Source of the DNA: Myxococcota bacterium | Lineage (GTDB): Bacteria > Myxococcota_C > UBA6777 | Assembly: GCA_023150835.1 (NCBI GenBank) | Contig: JAKLKB010000002.1 | Span: 170,728 to 190,727 of the forward strand | Length of the DNA: 20,000 nucleotides | Reading direction: 5' to 3' | Shown: positions 7,709 to 15,121 of the stretch, in pieces | How positions within the stretch are numbered: position 1 is the stretch's first letter | Layout: each line of letters begins with the position of its first letter | Position numbers and translations under genes: made by a program | The notes under the pieces: generated by a model | What the model was told of the DNA's origin: nothing | What the model saw: the letters and a program-made list of their open reading frames with translations, nothing else | Databases searched by the model: none

Positions 7709-9376
7709 TCAGGCGTCGGAGTCTTCGGATGGATCGAAGAAGATGCGTTCTTGGTGTTCTTGTTCTTCCCGTCCTTCTTCGTGATAAGAGCCGCCACCTT
7801 CGGGAAGTTCGATGCGACGACTGGGCCGGTCAAACAAGTCGATCAACAGGGCCTCAGCATCGTCATCTCCTGCTTTGGCGAGGTTGGTGGCGATCATCGC
7901 AGCGATCAATTGGAGCATCTCTGCGGACATACACGACGAAGCCCCTTGTTTGATCAACATATCTTTAATCTTGTCCATCAACTTGCGCTGCCCGGGCTTT
8001 TTTAACACCTTGGTCAACAGGCTCATCAACTCACCCGAAGGGATCACGCCCTGTTGAGCGAGGCTTGCGATGCGGTTTGAGATCCCCGTCACGTCGTGCA
8101 ACATCACGGTATGCAGGTTTTGTAAAGCCACCGCCTCTTGGGCGCTGGCCCATTTGAAGACCAACTGTTTGAGCTGCTGACGCGGAGAGTCGGGCGTTCC
8201 GTCTTGGGCGGATGTTTGGGTCGTTGCGTTCATCAACAGATCTTGAACCGAACCCGAAGTCGGCTTGTCGGTGGTTTGGGCTGCGGTCTGTGCGCTCGCT
8301 GCGGTCTGTGCGCTCGCTGCCGTCTGTGGGAGAGCTTGGGAAAGCTCCGCTTTGTTTTGTGAAAGCTGCGCCATCCCCGCCCCAAGAGTCGCGGTTTGGG
8401 CAGTCGTCTGTAAGGTCGATGGTGCAGCCTCCTTCCCACCACCCAACGAGGCATCTGCTTTTCCTGACGCACCTTGCGCGAGATTGTTTTGAAGGGATGC
8501 CTTGTCTGCGGCCTTTTCGGTCGACGCGCCTTGTGCCGAGGCTTGGGCCAGTCCCTTTTCAGCGGTCGACTGTGTACTCTCTGCGGCTTTTCCTTGCAAA
8601 AGGCTTGTTGACTTCGCAGCCTCGGAAAGCCCCTTGCTGTCGAGTCCTTGGGGCTGTGGCAGCGTACCATTTGAGGAAGTCAGCTTCGCTCCGCCGCTTC
8701 CGAGCGGATCCGCCATCCCCGTAGAATGAGCCGCTTTCGTTTGGCCCGACATCCCGACCGAAGCACCTTTGGCGGCGTTTTGCGACGAAAGGCTATCGCC
8801 TTGGGCAGTTCGTGTCCCCTCGGATGCGCCCTGCAAAACGCTGCGCTGGATGGCGCGTGCTTGCGGCGTGCTTTTTGGGGCCAACAGCCCTTTGTCCTCT
8901 TGGCCCTTGGGATCGGCCTTTGCGTCTTTCCCCGATTTCAGCTTCCCACCAAGATCCCCAAATCCAATCGCCGTTCCTGCCTTGCCATCGGCCTTTCCAA
9001 CATCCCCCTCCATCTTTCCCTTTTCGAGGGCTTTTTCAGCAATCAAAAATCCCAACCCCGCCTTGCTCAAACCCGCGCTCGACAAGATGTCATCCTTGCT
9101 CAACAAGTTCCCGAGCGTCGGGGCTTCTGCGCCCAAAAGCTTCGTCGTTTGATGCGTTTCAAAACTGCCCTTTTGAGGGGCTTGTGTTGGAGAGACGGTT
9201 GGCGATGGGTTGGTTTGAGCGGTAGCTTCGCCCTTTGCGACACCTTCGCTGCCTTGGGGGGAACCCTGAATCGTCCCGCCTCCTTGCGCGGGGCCTTTCG
9301 CAATCGTCCCATCCGTCAACGGAGGCATCCCTCCTTGGAGCATCGGTGTGGGTGGGGGTGAGATGATCCGCGACAT
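7709..9376 (-). CDS. Hypothetical protein, long A/G/S/T/Q/K low-complexity region with helical C-terminal domain and acidic tail
   Basis: 555-aa ORF from ATG 9376 with SD GAGG. Internal 18-bp repeat (QTAASA). No recognisable catalytic motif. Confidence 0.75.
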   Translation of the reverse strand: MSRIISPPPTPMLQGGMPPLTDGTIAKGPAQGGGTIQGSPQGSEGVAKGEATAQTNPSPTVSPTQAPQKGSFETHQTTKLLGAEAPTLGNLLSKDDILSSAGLSKAGLGFLIAEKALEKGKMEGDVGKADGKAGTAIGFGDLGGKLKSGKDAKADPKGQEDKGLLAPKSTPQARAIQRSVLQGASEGTRTAQGDSLSSQNAAKGASVGMSGQTKAAHSTGMADPLGSGGAKLTSSNGTLPQPQGLDSKGLSEAAKSTSLLQGKAAESTQSTAEKGLAQASAQGASTEKAADKASLQNNLAQGASGKADASLGGGKEAAPSTLQTTAQTATLGAGMAQLSQNKAELSQALPQTAASAQTAASAQTAAQTTDKPTSGSVQDLLMNATTQTSAQDGTPDSPRQQLKQLVFKWASAQEAVALQNLHTVMLHDVTGISNRIASLAQQGVIPSGELMSLLTKVLKKPGQRKLMDKIKDMLIKQGASSCMSAEMLQLIAAMIATNLAKAGDDDAEALLIDLFDRPSRRIELPEGGGSYHEEGREEQEHQERIFFDPSEDSDA

Positions 9377-9603
9377 GTGTTTGTCCTCGCAAAAAAACGC
9401 TGTGAAGCGCACTCCGACCCAACGAAGCGCATCAAGTATCTTGTTGATATAGCCGCTTTTTTGCGCAAAAAGCAACTTCCTCTCTGATCATCCTCGCCAA
9501 ATCTCCCCCCAAAGTTGCGCCCGCCACGCTGGTTTGCTTTCTGACCTCTTGCATCGTATACATCCCTGCACGTTCTCTTTGGTGCCACTTGTCGGATGAG
9601 TTT

Positions 9604-9725
9604 TGTGGGGCCTTGCCCCACACCCCACAAGGGGTCGCGACCCCCTTGACCCCATATCGGCGAACAGATCATCGTTTTTCACACCAACGACTCTCTCGCT
9701 TGAACAGGCCCGAACACTGGGGTTT
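9604..9725 (+). repeat. Dispersed ~120-nt structured element, copy A
   Basis: tgtggggccttgccccacaccccacaaggggtcgcgacccccttgaccccatatcg...accaac...cgaacactggggttt, similar to 13459-13580 and to the reverse complement of 10588-10712. Confidence 0.8.
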
Positions 9726-9799
9726 CCTCTCTCCCATCCAACCCTAGCCCAAGAGTTCCGCCACATCTCGTCAACCACCCATCATAAGGACTGAAACGG

Positions 9800-10507
9800 A
9801 TGTCATCGCCTTTTTATACGAATACTTCGACGCCACCGCTTTTTCGCACACTTTTTTCTTTGGAGGGCATTGGCTTCGCTTCGATCATCTTGGTGTTTTG
9901 GGCGTTTTGGGGTGTCCCTTGTGCCTACGCGACCCCTGTCACCCCTCCCATCGAGCGTTCCGCGTCCAACCCGCCGCCCACCCAAAGCTCTCCCATCTCC
10001 CCATCCATGCGGGTTTTGTGGCGACTCCATCAAGAACAGCTCCGCCTTGTCGACACCAGCGTCCTGTACAAAGGCCCCAAAAAAATGGAGCTGACCTTCT
10101 TAGGCGGCGGTTACGAATCGATCTTCCAAAGCTCCCCCAAAGCCTTGCGCCTCGCGGGTAGCTTTCACGGCCTACAGATCGGTGGTTTCGTCCTCAGTTC
10201 GATCGGCCTTGGAGCCACTCTCGCAGGAACCTTGATCGTGATCATTACTCCCCAAGCCGTCGTCCAACCCACTGCAGGCGGCGTTTTGGGTCCTGAACTT
10301 TTTTGGGGCCTACTGCTCGGTGGAACCGCCCTCAGCTTGATCGGCTCCATCCTTGCGCAAAGCTCCTACGGTATGCTTTATCGCGCCGTCGATATCTATA
10401 ACCGCGAAACCTTCGAGAAGATCTTTCGTGACGCCAACCAAGGACAACTCCCCCAAGCCCACACACTCCCGAAACGACGCACCCTTCTCTATGCCGCCAC
10501 CCCCTAA
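9800..10507 (+). CDS. Hypothetical exported/membrane protein
   Basis: SD-like taagga upstream. N-terminal hydrophobic segment ending AYA, Pro/Ser linker, two C-terminal Gly-rich hydrophobic helices followed by RAVDIYN. Confidence 0.7.
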   Translation: MSSPFYTNTSTPPLFRTLFSLEGIGFASIILVFWAFWGVPCAYATPVTPPIERSASNPPPTQSSPISPSMRVLWRLHQEQLRLVDTSVLYKGPKKMELTFLGGGYESIFQSSPKALRLAGSFHGLQIGGFVLSSIGLGATLAGTLIVIITPQAVVQPTAGGVLGPELFWGLLLGGTALSLIGSILAQSSYGMLYRAVDIYNRETFEKIFRDANQGQLPQAHTLPKRRTLLYAATP

Positions 10508-10587
10508 TCCGCTCCTTCCCAAAAGACACAACACCCCGAAAATCCCCATGTACACGCCAACTCAAGCCAAACAGACACAACATCGCC

Positions 10588-10712
10588 AAAATCCCCGTGT
10601 TCGCGCTCGACCAAGCGGCTGTGCTGTCGGTTTGAAGAACGTCGGTTCGCCCCATCGATACGGGGTCAAGGGAGCCGCGCTAAGGGCGCGGGGTACGGGG
10701 CAGCGCCCCAAA
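10588..10712 (-). repeat. Dispersed ~120-nt structured element, copy B (inverted)
   Basis: Reverse complement reads ttggggcgctgccccgtaccccgcgcccttagcgcggctcccttgaccccgtatcg...accgacagc...cgcgaacacggggattt. Confidence 0.8.
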
Positions 10713-10743
10713 CAAACAAATCGTGCAAGAGATCCTACCCCAA

Positions 10744-11700
10744 CTAGAGATGTTTCGACAACATCTCCATCAAGCGCACAAAAGGTCGAGTGCGTTGCAT
10801 GATGTAAAAGTGCAGGATGGGTGCGCCTTTTTCGAGCAGATCCATCGCTTGACGATAGGCCCATTCGACGCCGACTTGCGTCACTTCGGCGGGGGTGGTG
10901 GCCTCCATGACGCTTTGGGTCAATTCATAGGGGATATCGATGTGAAAGGAGCGGGGGATCGAAGTGAGTTGCTGCTTCGAGGTCATGATCTTGAGGCCGG
11001 GGATGATCGGCATGGTGATGCCGAACTTGCGAGCGCGATCGCAAAAATCGAAATAAGACTGGTTGTCATAAAACATCTGCGTCACCGCAAACTGCGCACC
11101 CGCCTCTTGTTTTTTCTTCAACATCTCCAGATCGAACATCCGATTGGGCGCTTCAAAGTGTTTTTCAGGGTAAGCCGCCACACCGACGCAAAAGTTTGTT
11201 TTTGCGGCATCCATCAACTGTTCTTGGTACACACCGTGATTCATGTTGACGATCTGCTGCACAAGATCCGAGGCGTAGGTGTTGCAGGTACGCCCGGGCG
11301 CAAGCTCGCGCTTTGGCTTACCATCCCCTCGGATCGCCAACAGGTTTTCGATCCCCAAGTAGTTGAGTTCGATCAGCGCATCTTCGGTTTCTTCGCGGGT
11401 AAAGCCTGCGCACAAGATGTGAGGAACGGGTTCAATGTTGTACTTATATTTGATCACTGCACAAAGGCCGAAAGTTCCCGGGCTTTTGCGCCGTGTTCGC
11501 CGATGAAACGTGCCATCGGGTCGCTCTTCCCACGCGATATCCGCCGCATGGCTTGTCACGTTCACAAACGGCGGATTAAAGGGCCGAATGGATTCGATGG
11601 CTTCGTGAAATTCGGTAATATTTCCCCCTCGCTTGGGCGGGATGATCTCGACGCTAACTTGGGGATTTCGGGCGGATTGGATATGATCGATCACTTTCAT
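10744..11700 (-). CDS. metF: 5,10-methylenetetrahydrofolate reductase
   Basis: SVEIIPPK, FVNVT, VPHILC, LAIRGD, GVAAYPEKH, AGAQFAVTQMFYD, PIIPG, LHFY motifs. Start taken at ATG 11700 (MKVIDHI). Confidence 0.93.
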   Translation of the reverse strand: MKVIDHIQSARNPQVSVEIIPPKRGGNITEFHEAIESIRPFNPPFVNVTSHAADIAWEERPDGTFHRRTRRKSPGTFGLCAVIKYKYNIEPVPHILCAGFTREETEDALIELNYLGIENLLAIRGDGKPKRELAPGRTCNTYASDLVQQIVNMNHGVYQEQLMDAAKTNFCVGVAAYPEKHFEAPNRMFDLEMLKKKQEAGAQFAVTQMFYDNQSYFDFCDRARKFGITMPIIPGLKIMTSKQQLTSIPRSFHIDIPYELTQSVMEATTPAEVTQVGVEWAYRQAMDLLEKGAPILHFYIMQRTRPFVRLMEMLSKHL

Positions 11701-12031
11701 CCGAGAGACCTTTGATGGTGCCTTGGGGGAGTCAAAAACCAAGGTAAACCATCCAAAACAAATGTTTTTTCCACAAAGCAACCACTTTCGCACAGGTTGC
11801 TTGATCTTGCGTGGTTGTCACCATATACCCCTTCGCAAATTTTTCAAGAAGAAAGGAGGCCCAGCACAGCACGCGATAGCCCGCACATCGCTCCAAACGA
11901 CTTCCGCAACACCAAGAGCAAAAACGTGATTTCTTCTTCCCCCTTTCGCTGGCCGATCTTTTTCCGTATGCTTTGGCACACCACAGCGCGCCGCGCCTCA
12001 ACGCCAACACAACCAAACCAAAGGAGCGGGA

Positions 12032-13396
12032 ATGACCGAGCCAAACAACACATCCTCTCGTCCTGTCGTTGCAGTCCTTGGAGCCGGACCTGCGGGTCTT
12101 TATGCCGCCAATAAGCTCGCCCAAGAAGGTGTCGATGTCTTGCTGATCAACCGCGACATCAAACCCGGTGGCCTTGCAGAATACGGCATCTACTTTGACA
12201 AGCACAAAATGAAAAACGGCCTACGCAAACAATTCGACCGTATCCTCGCCCAAAAAAACATCGCCTACATGGGGCATATCGAAGTCCGTCAACAAGGCGG
12301 AACGTTGACCCTCGAAGAGTTCGAAGACTTGGGCTGCGCCGCTTATCTTGTGGCGGTCGGCGCACAAGGAACGCGAAAGCTCGGATATGACGGCGAAGAC
12401 CAGATCTCGGGACTCTTTCACGCCAAGGATCTCGTCTACCACTACAACCAACTCCCCCCCTTCGCTTCGCAGGAGTTTTCCATCGGCCAACACGTCGGTA
12501 TCATCGGCATGGGCAACGTCATGGTCGATATCGCCCACTGGCTTGTGTGGGAAAAAAAGGTCGCCTCCGTGACAATCCTTGCTCGTCGTGGCCCCGCAGA
12601 ACGCGCCTACACCGACAAAGAGATGCGCGAAGTCATCCGCGCCGTCGACCTTGATGCTCTTGATGTCGAGATCGCTCGGATCGCCGACAATCTCCGTTCC
12701 GTCGGCCAAGATCCCGAAGCCCTCAAAAAAGAATTGCGCGAACCTCTCGACAAAGCCGAAGTCTTCGACAGTCCAACACGCATGGCCTTTCGCTTCCTTG
12801 TCGGTGTCAACAAGCTGATCGCTGGCCCTGACGGTCGACTCGCTGCGGTGGAGCTTGGACACAACCAACTCATCCAAAAAGGCGACCGCCTCAACGCCCA
12901 ATCCACCGGCCAAACCGAGATCCTCCCCTTGGATACGCTGGTGTACGCCATCGGCGATCAAGTCGACGAAGGACTCGGGCTGCCTTTTCGCAACGGACAA
13001 TTCCTAACACCAAGCGGCCCAAACCCCCACGAACCCGAAAAAGCCCGCTACGAAGTCAAAGACCCCCAACACGATCAACCCCGCCCCGGCTGGTTTTTAG
13101 GCGGATGGGCGCGCATCGCCTCTGATGGACTTGTCGGAAAAGCCCGTGCTGACGGCGAAACCGCTGCAAACGAAGTCTTGCGCTGGCTCAAACAACACAA
13201 CCCCCAAAGCGCCGACCTCGCTTCCTGTCAACAACGGCTCCGCACTCTGCTTCAACAAAAGCAACACCCCTTCGTCGAATACGCCGACGTCCTCACACTC
13301 CAATCCATCGAACAAGCTCGCGCCGATGCCCTCGGTGTCCCCCTCTTTAAATTCAACACCAACGAAGAAATGCTTGCTGCCATCCAAAAATCCTGA
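12032..13396 (+). CDS. FAD-dependent ferredoxin--NADP+ reductase (adrenodoxin reductase/FprA-like)
   Basis: VAVLGAGPAGLYAA, PGGLAEYGI, IIGMGNVMVDIA, ARRGP, GWAR...GLVG motifs. SD aaggag upstream. Confidence 0.85.
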   Translation: MTEPNNTSSRPVVAVLGAGPAGLYAANKLAQEGVDVLLINRDIKPGGLAEYGIYFDKHKMKNGLRKQFDRILAQKNIAYMGHIEVRQQGGTLTLEEFEDLGCAAYLVAVGAQGTRKLGYDGEDQISGLFHAKDLVYHYNQLPPFASQEFSIGQHVGIIGMGNVMVDIAHWLVWEKKVASVTILARRGPAERAYTDKEMREVIRAVDLDALDVEIARIADNLRSVGQDPEALKKELREPLDKAEVFDSPTRMAFRFLVGVNKLIAGPDGRLAAVELGHNQLIQKGDRLNAQSTGQTEILPLDTLVYAIGDQVDEGLGLPFRNGQFLTPSGPNPHEPEKARYEVKDPQHDQPRPGWFLGGWARIASDGLVGKARADGETAANEVLRWLKQHNPQSADLASCQQRLRTLLQQKQHPFVEYADVLTLQSIEQARADALGVPLFKFNTNEEMLAAIQKS

Positions 13397-13458
13397 GAAG
13401 CTCGGTCAACGCGCTCGGTTTATTTGATCGTGTGGGGTTCCACTCCACTGTTTGATCA

Positions 13459-13580
13459 TGTGGGGTTCCACCCCACGCCCCGCAAGGGAGTCCGACTCCC
13501 TTGACCCCGTATCGACGGGAAGAACAGGCGGTTTCTACACCAACAGCGGCTCCGCTCGAAGTACCGCGAACACGGGTTTT
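13459..13580 (+). repeat. Dispersed ~120-nt structured element, copy C
   Basis: tgtggggttccaccccacgccccgcaagggagtccgactcccttgaccccgtatcg...accaacagc...cgcgaacacgggtttt. Confidence 0.8.
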
Positions 13581-13765
13581 CTCGACAAGTCATCCGATAT
13601 CCACCCATTGTGTATACATCTCCCAGATCTCGTCTCGCTGCTATCACGAAACACCGTATTTCCAAAAAGAAAAAGCTCTTCACCAAACAACTGTGCCGCT
13701 TAAGTCTTTACAACACGGATATCTCAACATCGCGTCACTCTCCAACACAACATGAGAGGCTGCTA

Positions 13766-14974
13766 ATGCTGCCAAAAAACGTGATGTACCTTGTATTCCT
13801 CGTGTTCTTCGCTTTTGCATCGTGGCGCTGTGGCGATCTTCCTCCCGAAGAACCCCTGCCCAAAGAATCCACCACCCCGTCCGAACAAAGCCAAGAAACC
13901 CCTGCCCAAGAGATCGCACAAACGGATACAGAGTCCCCACCTGCGGATTCCAACGGCGAACCCCAACCCGCAGACTCCAACAACGAACCCACCACAGAAC
14001 CCCTGTCTACAGACTCCAACAACGAACCGATCGCGGATTCCGCCCACGAGTCCAACACAGAGCAACCCCTCGAACCTTCGGATCAAAACGACGCAAGCGA
14101 AACCACCACCGAACCAACCCTGCACGAATCCTCGACTGAATCGCCCCTACATCCCGAAGAAGCAACCCACCAAGACGCCCGTCCACCCGAAGTGACGAAC
14201 GAATTCACCCCCGAAAAAACTCCCGAAGCTCTCCCCGAAACACACATTGGATCGAGCGGATGCGGAAAAAATCCACCCGTCACAGGTCTCCAAGAAAACA
14301 TGACCCTCACCGTCATGAACAAGCAACGCAACTATGTCCTTTCCGTTCCAGCCAATTACAACAAAAACACCCTACATCCCGTGATCTTTGGATTCCCCGG
14401 CCTCAACGCCACAGGAAAACAAGCCCGTAGTTATTTGGGCCTCGAAAAAACTCCCGGGCCTGCTGTCCTCTATGTCTATCCGACCGCTCAAGTCGTTTCT
14501 TCTGGTTGGCAGATGCAGGTCGGAGGCGGAGACATCGAGTTTTTCGATGAGATCCTCAAAAAACTCGAAACCGAATTTTGCGTCGACACCAAAAGAATCT
14601 TCAGCACGGGTTTCAGTCATGGAGCGATGTTTACAAACAACCTCACTTGCGTTCGTATCCAAAAGCTCCGAGCGGTCGCTCCCATCGGAGGATCAGGCCC
14701 TTGGTACAACAACTGCAAAAACGGCCCTCTCCCCGCGATGGTGATCCACGGAACCACGGACACCGTTGTCAAACTGACTGATGGCGAAAAAACCCGTGAT
14801 CACTGGAAAACACAAAACGCCTGCACCAACACCTCGCAATCCGCCCCTCCGTCGCCCTGTGTCGCTTACCGTTCTTGCACACAACCCACGCTTTGGTGTG
14901 CTTTCCAAGGAGGGCACCAAGTCCCGAGCTTCGCAGGCACAGGCATCCGAGACTTTTTCCTTGGCCTCCCGTAG
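13766..14974 (+). CDS. Putative lipoprotein with acidic Pro/Glu/Thr linker and C-terminal alpha/beta-hydrolase (feruloyl esterase / PHB depolymerase-like, LpqC-like)
   Basis: SD gagagg. Signal peptide ending ASWR-C. SSGCGK, nucleophile motif GFSHG, IHGTTDTVV, WCAFQGGH. Confidence 0.8.
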   Translation: MLPKNVMYLVFLVFFAFASWRCGDLPPEEPLPKESTTPSEQSQETPAQEIAQTDTESPPADSNGEPQPADSNNEPTTEPLSTDSNNEPIADSAHESNTEQPLEPSDQNDASETTTEPTLHESSTESPLHPEEATHQDARPPEVTNEFTPEKTPEALPETHIGSSGCGKNPPVTGLQENMTLTVMNKQRNYVLSVPANYNKNTLHPVIFGFPGLNATGKQARSYLGLEKTPGPAVLYVYPTAQVVSSGWQMQVGGGDIEFFDEILKKLETEFCVDTKRIFSTGFSHGAMFTNNLTCVRIQKLRAVAPIGGSGPWYNNCKNGPLPAMVIHGTTDTVVKLTDGEKTRDHWKTQNACTNTSQSAPPSPCVAYRSCTQPTLWCAFQGGHQVPSFAGTGIRDFFLGLP

Positions 14975-14990
14975 CCTCGATGGTATCGGG

Positions 14991-15121
14991 ATGAGAGGAC
15001 GAGGCGGTCGCTCTTTTCGTAGAGGTCGTGGCGGATGAGCGGACGAGGCGGTCACTCTTTTCGTAGAGGTCGTGGCGGATTAGAGGACGAGGCGGTCACT
15101 CTTTTCGTAGAGGTCGTGGCG
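14991..15121. repeat. 44-bp tandem triplication of the ABC-F gene 3' end
   Basis: Units start at 14991, 15035 and 15079 (at[g/t]ag[a/c]ggacgaggcggtc[g/a]ctcttttcgtagaggtcgtggcg). The third unit encodes RHDLYEKSDRLVL-stop on the minus strand. Confidence 0.95.

Noticed and set aside
10723-11715. 330-aa plus-strand ORF
   Set aside because: Antisense shadow of metF.
11701-11900. SAM-I riboswitch upstream of metF
   Set aside because: Only a GCAACC fragment matches. The P1 AUC/GAU, kink-turn and GGUGC elements could not be placed.
11974-11990. Sigma-54 promoter (TGGCAC) before the reductase
   Set aside because: The -12 TTGC element is absent at the required spacing.
14991-15121. Possible CRISPR array
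   Set aside because: The units are contiguous with no unique spacers, one unit is the coding end of the ABC-F gene, and no cas genes are present.
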